Below are positions 9,015 to 17,870 of a stretch of DNA of 64,000 bases, piece by piece; the first letter of the stretch is position 1; every line of letters starts with the position of its first letter. Made by a program: the position numbers and the translations under genes. A model generated the notes under the pieces. It did no database searches, was not told the origin of the DNA, and saw only the letters and a list, made by a program, of their open reading frames with translations. The DNA comes from Hydrogenophaga sp. (GTDB taxonomy: Bacteria; Pseudomonadota; Gammaproteobacteria; Burkholderiales; Burkholderiaceae_C), in NCBI RefSeq assembly GCF_026125785.1, contig NZ_JAHCKL010000001.1, forward strand, positions 2,949 to 66,948, in the 5' to 3' direction.

Positions 9015-10661
9015 TCAGGCTTGCGGTGTGGAGAAGGCGCTGGCGAGTTCGCGCAACCTGAACTTCTGCACCTTGCCGGTGGGTGTGGCAGGCATGGCCT
9101 GCAGCACCTCCAGGCGCTCCGGCCAGTACTGCTTGGCCACCTTGCACTGCAGCATGTGGGTCTGCACGTCCTGCAGGCTGAGGGCATGGCCCGGTCGCAG
9201 CGTGACGAAGGCGCAGGCACGTTCGCCCAGACGCGCATCCGGGTAGCCGACGATGGCGGCGGTCTGCACCGCCGGGTGCTTGAGCAGCAGCGACTCGATC
9301 TCCACCACCGGCACGTTCTCGCCGCCGCGGATCAGCACGTCCTTGGTGCGGCCGCAGATGCGGATGTAGCCCTCGTCGTCCTGGCGGGCCAGGTCGCCGG
9401 AGTCGAACCAGCCCTCGGCATCGAAGGCGACGATGTCGGGGCGGCGGTGGTAGCCCAGGAACATCTGTGCGCCCCGGACCTTGAGCCGGCCGGCCTGGCC
9501 CGCGGGTACTTCGCGGCCGTCGTCGTCGGTGATGCGGATGTCCATGCCTTCGAGCGGTCTGCCGTCGGTGGACGCCGATTTCTGCGAGGCGCGCTGCGGT
9601 TCGGTCAGGGTGCCGGACAGGACTTCGGTCATGCCCCAGAGCGAACACACGGTGATGCCGACTTGGTCGCGGGCTTTCTCCACCAGCACCGGAGGAATGG
9701 GCGCGCCGCCGCAGAGGAAGATGCGCAGCGCGGTCGGTGCGGGGCGCCCTTCGGCCACGGCATCGCAGACGTCGTTGAGGAACGGTGTGGAGCCGGCGAA
9801 GTAGCTGACTTTCTCCTCGCGCATGATGTCCACGCCCTTGCGGCCATCCCAGAGGTCCTGCATCACCACGGTACCGCCCTGGCGCAAGCCGATCAGCACG
9901 ACGGCGACGTGGCCGGTGGTGTGCCCGACCGGGGTCGAGGCCAGGTACACGTCGTCGGCGCCGATGCCGAAGCGTGTGCTCAGCGCGTGCATGCAGGCCA
10001 TCATGGTATTGCTGCTGTGCATCACGCCCTTGGGCGAGCCGGTCGTGCCCGAGGTGAACATCAGTCCGGCGAGGTCGTCCGGCGCCAGCGGCGTGGCGCC
10101 CTCGGGCACCACGATGCCCTGGGTGGCGGGGCCGGCCTGCATGCTCTGTTCGAAACCATCGGGTCCTTCACCATCGACCACCGCGATATGCCGCAGGCCA
10201 GGCAGTTGCGCCTTGAGGTCGCGCGCCATGGCTTCATGGTCGAATCCGCGGTAGGTCTTGGGCACCACCAGCAGCTTGCTCTGGGCGGAGTCCAGCATGA
10301 AGCCGAGTTCACGCTCTCGGAAGATGGGCATCAGGGGGTTGAGCGCCGCACCCACACGCCCGCAAGCCAGGGCGAGCACCGCGAATTCCCACCAGTTGGG
10401 CATCTGCACCGACACCACGTCGCCACGGCCTATGCCCATGCGGTGCATGGCCGCCGCAGCGCGGTTCACGCGGTCGGCCAGCTCCCGGTAGCTGAGGCGA
10501 AAGGGTTGCGCGCGGTCGACGCGGTAGCCAACGACCGCCTGCTTGTCGGGGAAGGCCTGCAGATGGCGCGCCAGGAAATCGTCCATGGTCTCGTCCATCC
10601 ACAGACCCGCCGCACGCATGGCGGGGCCTCGGTTGTTCGGGTCGTACGCGGTGGTCTCCAT
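9015..10661 (-). CDS. AMP-dependent acyl-CoA ligase (medium-chain/alicyclic-acid type, AliA-like possible)
   Basis: 548 aa with FTSGTTGSPKGVMH, WGMTE and GRTKDVLIRGGENV motifs of adenylate-forming ligases. Confidence 0.85.
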   Translation of the reverse strand: METTAYDPNNRGPAMRAAGLWMDETMDDFLARHLQAFPDKQAVVGYRVDRAQPFRLSYRELADRVNRAAAAMHRMGIGRGDVVSVQMPNWWEFAVLALACGRVGAALNPLMPIFRERELGFMLDSAQSKLLVVPKTYRGFDHEAMARDLKAQLPGLRHIAVVDGEGPDGFEQSMQAGPATQGIVVPEGATPLAPDDLAGLMFTSGTTGSPKGVMHSSNTMMACMHALSTRFGIGADDVYLASTPVGHTTGHVAVVLIGLRQGGTVVMQDLWDGRKGVDIMREEKVSYFAGSTPFLNDVCDAVAEGRPAPTALRIFLCGGAPIPPVLVEKARDQVGITVCSLWGMTEVLSGTLTEPQRASQKSASTDGRPLEGMDIRITDDDGREVPAGQAGRLKVRGAQMFLGYHRRPDIVAFDAEGWFDSGDLARQDDEGYIRICGRTKDVLIRGGENVPVVEIESLLLKHPAVQTAAIVGYPDARLGERACAFVTLRPGHALSLQDVQTHMLQCKVAKQYWPERLEVLQAMPATPTGKVQKFRLRELASAFSTPQA

Positions 10662-10732
10662 TGGCCTTCTTCTGGGTTGGGCCTTTGCCCGAACGCGAGC
10701 CTGCGCCGGCCTGGGCCTGCGCGGTCACCCGC

Positions 10733-11197
10733 TCAGGTATCGGCGTTGTTGAGGTAGTCGAGCAGGTTGTGTTTCATGATGTCCAAGGTCAGTGCCGTGG
10801 TTTCCAGTTCCGACTCGGCCAATCCCTTGAGGATGAGCTCGTTCATCTGGTGGCTGACCTTGCGCATCTTGGCGATGAGCTGTTTGCTCTGTGGCTCCAG
10901 GAACACCCGGTTGACGCGGCGGTCCGTCGCATCAGGCTGGCGGCGCACCAGGCCGGACTTTTCCAGCCGGTCGATCAGGCCGCCGATGGCCACCTTGCCC
11001 AGATCCAGTTCTTCTGCGAGCTGGGACTGCGTCATGCCGTCCTCGCGCGAGAGATAGGCCAGCACCCACCACTGAGAGCGCGTGACGCTCAGGGGCTTGA
11101 GGCAGCGGTCGAACGCGCTGCGGCGCAGGCGCGAGACGTCGTGGATCAGGAAGCCCAGACGCAATTCCCAGTCGGTGGTGGTGACCTGAGGTGCCAT
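10733..11197 (-). CDS. MarR family transcriptional regulator
   Basis: 154 aa with a winged-HTH region: LSVTRSQWWVLAYLSREDGMTQSQLAEELDLGKVAIGGLIDRLEKSGLVRR. Confidence 0.85.
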   Translation of the reverse strand: MAPQVTTTDWELRLGFLIHDVSRLRRSAFDRCLKPLSVTRSQWWVLAYLSREDGMTQSQLAEELDLGKVAIGGLIDRLEKSGLVRRQPDATDRRVNRVFLEPQSKQLIAKMRKVSHQMNELILKGLAESELETTALTLDIMKHNLLDYLNNADT

Positions 11198-11260
11198 GTG
11201 GATCTGAGAGCCTTTTCGGGCTCACCTATAAAGTAAAGAAGCGTACATTCTAGGATCTCT

Positions 11261-12175
11261 TCATACCGGATCCCAGGTGAAGATGTCGCCCGAGCGATCG
11301 AGCGCGAAGAAGTCCGCGCTGAGCATAGGAATGGCCGTGTCCAGCACAGCCTGTGGTGTCCAGCCTTCGCCGCAATGGGCGCTGCGGATGGGGCGGGGCT
11401 GGCTGAACAGGTAGATCTCGTTGTTGCGCACGCCGAAGATCTGCCCGCTGACGTGGCGGGCTTCGTCCGCGCACAGCGCCACCACGAAGGGTGCCACCTT
11501 CTCGGGCACCAGCTTCTTCAGGCCTTCCACGCGGCGCTTCTGCTCGGGCGTCTCGTTCGGAATCGAGTCGATCATGCGCGTCCAGGCAAATGGCGCCACC
11601 GCGTTGGAGCGCACGCCGAACTTCTGCATGTCCAGCGCGATGGACTTGGACAGCGCGGCGATGCCCAGCTTGGCCGCGCTGTAGTTGGCCTGACCGAAGT
11701 TGCCGATCAGGCCGGAGGTGGAGGTCATGTGCACGAAGGCGCCGCCGGCCTGTTCCTTGAAGAAGGGCGCTGCCGCGCGGCTGACGTTGAAGCTGCCCTT
11801 GAGGTGCACCGCGATCACGTCGTCGAACTCGGGCTCGGACATGCGGTGGAACATCACGTCGCGCAGGATGCCGGCGTTGTTGACCACGATGTCGATGCGG
11901 CCGAAGGTGTCCACCGCGGTCTTGACCATGCGCTGAGCCTGCACCCAGTCCGAGACCGAGCCGCCGTCCGCAATGGCCTTGCCGCCCATGGCTTCGATGG
12001 CAGCGACCACCTCGGCGGCGGGCTCGCCGCTCTCCGGCTTGCCATCCAGCGTCGCGCCCAGGTCGTTGACGACCACGGAGGCGCCGGCCTCCGCCATGGC
12101 CAGTGCGATGCCCCGGCCCACGCCGCGGCCGCCGCCGGTGACCAGCGCGACCTTTCCTTCCAGCAGTTTCTTCAT
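11261..12175 (-). CDS. SDR oxidoreductase, MFE-2-type (3R)-hydroxyacyl-CoA dehydrogenase-like
   Basis: TGGGRGVGRG cofactor motif, NNAG and YSAAK catalytic motif. 304 aa with a C-terminal extension, as in the dehydrogenase domain of peroxisomal multifunctional enzyme 2. Confidence 0.75.
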   Translation of the reverse strand: MKKLLEGKVALVTGGGRGVGRGIALAMAEAGASVVVNDLGATLDGKPESGEPAAEVVAAIEAMGGKAIADGGSVSDWVQAQRMVKTAVDTFGRIDIVVNNAGILRDVMFHRMSEPEFDDVIAVHLKGSFNVSRAAAPFFKEQAGGAFVHMTSTSGLIGNFGQANYSAAKLGIAALSKSIALDMQKFGVRSNAVAPFAWTRMIDSIPNETPEQKRRVEGLKKLVPEKVAPFVVALCADEARHVSGQIFGVRNNEIYLFSQPRPIRSAHCGEGWTPQAVLDTAIPMLSADFFALDRSGDIFTWDPV

Positions 12176-12218
12176 GGATCTTTCTTCCCGTCGGTGAGTA
12201 CGTATGGGTTTGAGAGGT

Positions 12219-14204
12219 TCAGGTCCCGGCCTGGCGGTCCCTGGCGAAGCGTTCGAACCAGTCGAAGGCGCCCGGGTTGGCGCAGGCGTCCTTGTTCACC
12301 ACCTCGGCCAGCGCACGGCCCAGCAGCAGCTTCTTGACCGGCAGTTCCTGCTTCTTGCCCGTGAGGGTGCGGGGGATCTCCCGCACCTGCAGGACGTCGT
12401 CGGGCACGAAGCGCGGCGAGAGGTCGTCGCGGATGGCCTGCCGGATGCGCGCACGCAGCGCGTCGTCCAGCGTGACGCCATCGCGCAGCGCGACGAACAA
12501 GGGCATGTAGCTGGGCTTGCCCAGGTACTCGATGTCCACCACCAGGCTGTCCAGCACCTCGGGCAGGGCCTCGACCACGCGGTACAGCTCGCTCGTGCCC
12601 ATGCGATGGCCATGGCGGTTAAGGGTCGCGTCGCTGCGGCCGTACACCACGGCACCGCCCGTGGGCGTGATGCGCAGCCAGTCGCCGTGCCGCCAGACGC
12701 CAGGGAACAGGTCGAAGTAGCTGTCGCGGTAGCGGCGGTGTCCGTCGTCGCCCCAGAACATCAGCGGCATGGATGGCATGGGCTGCAGGCAGACCATTTC
12801 GCCGACGTCGTCGACGACGGGTTGTCCCTGCTCGTTCCAGGCCTGAATGTCGGCGCCCAGGGCCCGGCCCTGCATCTCGCCGGGCACCGTGGGCAGTTCG
12901 GGCGTTCCGGCGAGGAAGGCGCTGGCCAGGTCCGTACCCCCTGAGATGACGGCCCACCAGACATCGTCGCGGACCACCGAGGCGCCCCACTGGTAGGCGT
13001 CGGACGGCAGCGGCGAACCGGTGGAGCCCAGGCCGCGCAGCGCCCGGATGCCTGGCAGCGCGCCGGGCTGCACGCCGTTTTTCATGCAGCCCGTGTAGTA
13101 GGCGGCGCCAGCGCCGAGGAAGGTGGTGCCGGTGTCGGAGACGAAGCGCCAGAGCGTGTCGGCCTGCGGCAGGGAAGGGTGGCCGTCGTAAAGGCAGATG
13201 GTGGTGCCCAGCAGCAGCGCGGACACCTGCAGGTTCCACATCACCCAGCCTGAGCTGCTGTACCAGTGAAAGCGGTCACCGGTTTCGGCGCTCGGCCCCA
13301 GGTTCAGATGCAGGTGGTGCAGCTTGAGCATCTCCAGCACCACCCCGCCGTGACCGTGCACGATGGGCTTGGGCATGCCGGTGGTGCCACTGCTGTAGAC
13401 GATCCACAGAGGGTGGTCGAAAGGCACCGGCTCCACCTCGGTCAGCGGCGCATGGGCCAGGCAGTCCGCCCAGGCGTGGCGCTGGCCTGGCCAGCGTGCG
13501 GGCACCGGCTGTGCGGGCGCCGCGCCGGCCTGCGCCAGGTAGGGCACCAGCACCAGGTGTTGCACGCTGGGCAGTTCGCCCAGCAGTTCTTCCAGCAGGC
13601 CGACACGTTCGGCGACCTTGCCGCCATAGACCGTGCCGTCGCAACCGATCAGCACCTTCGGTTCGATCTGGCGGAAGCGGTCGCGCACCGTGGCCACGCC
13701 CATGTCGGTTGCGCACAGGCTCCAGATGGCGCCCAGCGAGGCGCAGGCCAGCAGGCCGATGGCCGCCTGCGGGATGTTGGGCAGGTAGGCCGCCACCCGG
13801 TCGCCGCGCTGCACGCCCATGGCCTGCAGTGCACCGGCCAGCGCGGACACCTGGCGCTCCAGTTCGTCCCAGCTGATCTCCAGCGAGCGGCCCTCCCGTT
13901 GCAGGCGCTCATTGCGGAACACGATGGCCGGGACGTCCGAGGACTGCGCGGCCTCGGCATGGCGGAAAACCTGCGTGCGGTAGTTGAGTTGCGCACCCTC
14001 GAACCAGCGCGCTCCCGGCATGGCGACCGAGGCCAGGGCCTGACGGGCGGGCGAGGGGGACTGGATGTCGAAGTAGTCCCAGATGGCCTGCCAGAACACG
14101 CCCACATCGGCCACCGACCAGCGCCACAAGGCGTCGTAGTCCGACAGCGTCAGACCGTGCCGGGCATTCACCCATTCGCGGAACCCTTGCGTGTTGGCCT
14201 TCAT
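12219..14204 (-). CDS. acetoacetate-CoA ligase (acetoacetyl-CoA synthetase)
   Basis: 661 aa. The N-terminus (FREWVNARHGLTLSDYDALWRWSVADVGVFWQAIWDYF) is characteristic of acetoacetyl-CoA synthetases. YSSGTTGMPKPIVH motif is present. Confidence 0.85.
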   Translation of the reverse strand: MKANTQGFREWVNARHGLTLSDYDALWRWSVADVGVFWQAIWDYFDIQSPSPARQALASVAMPGARWFEGAQLNYRTQVFRHAEAAQSSDVPAIVFRNERLQREGRSLEISWDELERQVSALAGALQAMGVQRGDRVAAYLPNIPQAAIGLLACASLGAIWSLCATDMGVATVRDRFRQIEPKVLIGCDGTVYGGKVAERVGLLEELLGELPSVQHLVLVPYLAQAGAAPAQPVPARWPGQRHAWADCLAHAPLTEVEPVPFDHPLWIVYSSGTTGMPKPIVHGHGGVVLEMLKLHHLHLNLGPSAETGDRFHWYSSSGWVMWNLQVSALLLGTTICLYDGHPSLPQADTLWRFVSDTGTTFLGAGAAYYTGCMKNGVQPGALPGIRALRGLGSTGSPLPSDAYQWGASVVRDDVWWAVISGGTDLASAFLAGTPELPTVPGEMQGRALGADIQAWNEQGQPVVDDVGEMVCLQPMPSMPLMFWGDDGHRRYRDSYFDLFPGVWRHGDWLRITPTGGAVVYGRSDATLNRHGHRMGTSELYRVVEALPEVLDSLVVDIEYLGKPSYMPLFVALRDGVTLDDALRARIRQAIRDDLSPRFVPDDVLQVREIPRTLTGKKQELPVKKLLLGRALAEVVNKDACANPGAFDWFERFARDRQAGT

Positions 14205-14298
14205 CTTGTCTCCGTTGTCGTTGCTCTGGTCCTTGCTTCTGCGCGTCCAATGGGGAAAACCCTAGCGGTTGCGCATGCTTCGGTACTGCCGCATTTGT

Positions 14299-14312
14299 TG
14301 TTCACTAGTGTA
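14299..14312. promoter_or_regulatory. weak candidate operator in a divergent promoter gap (site C)
   Basis: TGTTCACTAGTGTA contains the palindrome CACTAGTG. It matches TGTACACTACCGTA (8961-8974) at 12/14 positions, which could be chance. Confidence 0.25.
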
Positions 14313-14365
14313 TCATGTGGTGTAGCAAAGTTCGCAACAAATACCTATCGAGACAACGTCGAACC

Positions 14366-15811
14366 ATGAGCAAGCAACCCGAGCATGGCCTGCTCACCAC
14401 CGGCCGCTATGTGCCCCGGCTGCGGCTGGAGCGCAGCGAGATTTTTGCCCAGCACCGCTGGATGGCACCGGGTCTCAAGTCCCGGGCGCGTGGCCAGCGG
14501 TCCATGGCGAACTGGGACGAAGATGCCGTGACCATGGCGCTGGAGGCGGTGCGTGGATCGGGTGGCTCTGTCGAGGACGCCAGTGGCCTGACCTTGGCCT
14601 CCACGTCGCTGCCGTTCGCCGAACGCATCAACGCCGGCATCGTGGCCAGTGCCTTGGGCCTGCCGGCTGCGGCTCAGGTGCGCGACGTGACGTCCAGCGC
14701 GCGCGCGGCCACCACCGAACTGTTGAGCGCGCTGACCCTGCCGCAGCCTGGCGTGGGGCCGTGCTGGGTGGCTGCGGCGGAACGCCGGGCGCACCGACCC
14801 GCCAGCGTGCTGGAGATGATCAGCGGCGATGGTGCCGCCGCGGTATCCGTGGGCTGGGGCGCCCCGATCGCGACGCTGGTGGGTGCGCACACCGTGCATG
14901 CCGATTTCGTCGACCATTTCCGCGAGAGCGGGCAGCGCTACGACTATGGCTGGGAAGAGCGCTGGGTGCGCGAGGAGGGGTACCTCAAGATCGGTGCCGG
15001 TGCGATCCGCGACACGCTGAAACGCCATGGTGTCGAGGCGGCCGACGTGGATCATTTCGTGATGCCCGCGGTGCTCGCGCGCGTCAACGACGCCGTGGCC
15101 AAGCGCGTTGGCATTCGACCCGAGGCGGTGGCGCCCACGCTGGCCGATGACGTCGGTGACCTGGGCTGTGCCCAGCCCCTGGCGATGCTGGACGAGGTGA
15201 TGCGCCGCGCTGCGCCTGGCGCGCTGATCGTGCTCACCGCTTTTGGCGGCGGCTGCGACGTGCTGCTGCTGCGTCGCACGGAGGTGCCTTGCCCGGGTTC
15301 GGTGCCGGGAGCGGGCAAGCCCGAGACCAGCTACCTCAAGTACCTGTCTTTCACCGGCCAGCTCGACCTGGAATGGGGCATGCGTGCCGAGATGGACAAC
15401 AAGACCGCACTGACCGCGGCCTGGCGCGACCACGACCGCGTGGCGCGGTTCATGGGAGGCCGCTGCCGGCATTGCGGCACCGTGCAGTTCCCGTCGCTGC
15501 GCGTGTGCGTAAACCCGGACTGCAACCAGCAGGACAGCCAGGACCCGGTGAGCCTAGCGCAGGCGCCGGCGCGCGTGCTCTCGCACACCAGCGACTTTCT
15601 GGCCTACACGCCACACCCCCCGTTCCAGTTCGGCCATATCGATTTCGACGGCGGTGGGCGCGTGCTGATGGAGTTCACCGACACCGACCAGGACGAACTC
15701 AAGCCGGGCCTGGCCGTGCGCATGGTCTACCGCATCAAGGAATACGACAGCAAGCGGGGCTTTCGCCGCTATTTCTGGAAGGCCACGCCGGTGCGCGCGG
15801 CCGCTGCCTGA
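14366..15811 (+). CDS. thiolase-fold (HMG-CoA synthase/KASIII-like) domain fused to a DUF35 zinc-ribbon/OB-fold domain
   Basis: ORF trimmed to MSKQPEHG at 14366. The N-terminal ~330 aa resemble HMGCS/FabH. The C-terminus has CRHCG...CVNPDC (nt 15464-15523) followed by an OB-fold-like region typical of DUF35. Confidence 0.7.
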   Translation: MSKQPEHGLLTTGRYVPRLRLERSEIFAQHRWMAPGLKSRARGQRSMANWDEDAVTMALEAVRGSGGSVEDASGLTLASTSLPFAERINAGIVASALGLPAAAQVRDVTSSARAATTELLSALTLPQPGVGPCWVAAAERRAHRPASVLEMISGDGAAAVSVGWGAPIATLVGAHTVHADFVDHFRESGQRYDYGWEERWVREEGYLKIGAGAIRDTLKRHGVEAADVDHFVMPAVLARVNDAVAKRVGIRPEAVAPTLADDVGDLGCAQPLAMLDEVMRRAAPGALIVLTAFGGGCDVLLLRRTEVPCPGSVPGAGKPETSYLKYLSFTGQLDLEWGMRAEMDNKTALTAAWRDHDRVARFMGGRCRHCGTVQFPSLRVCVNPDCNQQDSQDPVSLAQAPARVLSHTSDFLAYTPHPPFQFGHIDFDGGGRVLMEFTDTDQDELKPGLAVRMVYRIKEYDSKRGFRRYFWKATPVRAAAA

Positions 15812-15825
15812 ACAAGGAGCACACC

Positions 15826-17031
15826 GTGGCCAGTGGAATTCGCGACAAGGTCGCCATCGTCGGCATGGGCTGTTCGCGCTTTGGCGAGCGCTGGGATGCC
15901 AGTCCCGAGGATTTGATGGTCGAGGCCTTCAATGAGGCGCTGTCCGATGCCAGCATCGGGCCGCGCCAGATCGAGGCCGCGTGGCTGGGCGTGTGCCTGG
16001 AAGAAAACAACGTGGGCAAGACCGCCGGGCCGCTGGCCCAGGCTCTGCGGTTGCCCGGCATTGCGGTCACGCGGGTGGAGAACGCCTGCGCCACCGGCAC
16101 CGAGGCTTTGCGCGGAGCCGCGTACGCGGTGGCATCCGGCGCCTACGACATCGTGCTGGCGCTGGGCGTGGAGAAGCTCAAGGACACCGGATACGGTGGC
16201 CTGCCGGTGCGCACGCGCGGCGTGAACAACGATCTCTGGCTGCCCAATAGCACCGCCCCGGGCGCCTTCGCGCAATTGGCATCGGCGTACGCCGCGCGCC
16301 ACGGCATCGACATGCGCGACCTCAAGCGCGCCATGGCGCATGTGTCGGTCAAGAGCCACGACAACGGCGCGCGCAACCCCAAGGCCCATCTGCGCAACCG
16401 CATCACCGAAGACGATGTGCTGCGCGCGGCCACCATCGCCGCGCCTCTGGGGCTGTACGACTGCAGCGGGGTCAGCGACGGCTCGGCCTGCGCGATCGTC
16501 ACAACGCCTGATATCGCGCGGGCGCTCAAGCCGGGCCAGGAGTTGGTGACCGTCAAGGCGCTGGAGATCTCGGTGAGCAACGGGGAAGAGGCCTCATTCC
16601 AGCAATGGGATGGCGCCAGTATCGCCACCGCGCGCCGCTCCGCCGCGCGCGCCTACGATGCCGCGGGCGTGACCGATCCCGGCGCGCAGATCCACATGGC
16701 CGAAGTGCACGACTGCTTCTCCATCACCGAGGTGGTGCTGATGGAGGACCTGGGCTTCAGCGCGCCGGGCCGCGCCACGCACGACATCCTGGACGGCGTG
16801 TTCGACCATGCGGGCCGCCTGCCGGTGCAGCCCGACGGCGGCCTCAAGTGTTTCGGGCATCCGGTGGGCGCCTCGGGCCTGCGCATGGTCTATGAGATCT
16901 ATCTGCAACTGCTGGGACGGGCGGGCGAGCGGCAGCTTTCGCGCATCGATCTGGGGCTGGCCCAGAACCTGGGCGGACACCCCCATCAGAATGTGTGTTC
17001 GGTGTCCATCGTTGGCCGCCATGGCGCCTAG
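15826..17031 (+). CDS. SCPx/lipid-transfer-type thiolase
   Basis: The GTG at 15826 is preceded by AAGGAG (15814-15819). It has VAIVGMGCSRFG, the nucleophile motif ENACATG (TGC at 16087-16089) and C-terminal CFGHPVGASG. Confidence 0.8.
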   Translation: MASGIRDKVAIVGMGCSRFGERWDASPEDLMVEAFNEALSDASIGPRQIEAAWLGVCLEENNVGKTAGPLAQALRLPGIAVTRVENACATGTEALRGAAYAVASGAYDIVLALGVEKLKDTGYGGLPVRTRGVNNDLWLPNSTAPGAFAQLASAYAARHGIDMRDLKRAMAHVSVKSHDNGARNPKAHLRNRITEDDVLRAATIAAPLGLYDCSGVSDGSACAIVTTPDIARALKPGQELVTVKALEISVSNGEEASFQQWDGASIATARRSAARAYDAAGVTDPGAQIHMAEVHDCFSITEVVLMEDLGFSAPGRATHDILDGVFDHAGRLPVQPDGGLKCFGHPVGASGLRMVYEIYLQLLGRAGERQLSRIDLGLAQNLGGHPHQNVCSVSIVGRHGA

Positions 17032-17082
17032 GGCCTGTTTACCCGCTTTTTCGTTTTACATCGCTCAATCAGGAGACTTTTC

Positions 17083-17853
17083 ATGCGAGGACTGAAGGGA
17101 AAGACCGCCATCGTCACGGGTGCCGGCAGCGGCATCGGCCGTGCCATCGCACGCCGCCTGGCGCAGGAAGGCATCGTGGTCGGTGTGTTCGACATCCGTG
17201 CGGAGGCTGCCGAGGAGACCGTGGCGGCGATCGCTGCCGAGGGCGGGCGCGGTGTGGCCGTGAGTTGCGACATCACCGACTATGCGCGCGTCACGGCGGC
17301 CGTGGCCGAGTTCGAGAAGGCCGCAGGTGCCCCGGCCGACATCCTGGTGAACAACGCCGGCTGGGACACGCCCATGCCCTTCCTCAAGACGGACGAAGCG
17401 TTCTGGAAGAAGGTCACCGCCATCAACTGGTTCGGTCCGCTGCACGTCACGCATGCGGTGGCCCAGGGCATGGCCGCGCGCAAGGGTGGCCGCATCATCA
17501 ACATCGCTTCCGACGCCGGCCGCGTGGGCTCCACCGGCGAGGTGGTGTACTCGGGCTGCAAAGGCGCCACCATCGCTTTTGCGAAAGCGCTGGCGCGCGA
17601 GCTGGCGCGCAGCAACGTCACCATCAACACCGTCTGCCCCGGGCCGACCGACACCCCCGCCATGGATGCCTTCGTGGGCACCGGCGAGCAGGGCCAGAAA
17701 ATCCGCGACGCCATGGTGCGTGGCGTGCCGCTGGGCCGCATCGGCCTGCCCGACGACTACCCTGGCCTCGTGGCTTTCCTCGCCAGCGACGACGCCGCTT
17801 TCATGACCGGCCAGACCATCAGCGTCTCGGGCGGCCTTTCCATGCACGGTTGA
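17083..17853 (+). CDS. SDR oxidoreductase, BadH-like (2-hydroxycyclohexanecarboxyl-CoA dehydrogenase family)
   Basis: TGAGSGIGRA, NNAGWD, IASDAGRVGSTGEVVYSGCK and VCPGPTDT. This pattern resembles BadH-type SDRs. Confidence 0.75.
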   Translation: MRGLKGKTAIVTGAGSGIGRAIARRLAQEGIVVGVFDIRAEAAEETVAAIAAEGGRGVAVSCDITDYARVTAAVAEFEKAAGAPADILVNNAGWDTPMPFLKTDEAFWKKVTAINWFGPLHVTHAVAQGMAARKGGRIINIASDAGRVGSTGEVVYSGCKGATIAFAKALARELARSNVTINTVCPGPTDTPAMDAFVGTGEQGQKIRDAMVRGVPLGRIGLPDDYPGLVAFLASDDAAFMTGQTISVSGGLSMHG

Positions 17854-17870
17854 GAACTGGAGAACAGACG

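Noticed and set aside
11198-11260. GTACGC element in the MarR promoter gap as a fourth copy of the shared operator
   Set aside because: Only about 11 of 23 positions match site A beyond the GTACG pentamer, which is indistinguishable from chance.
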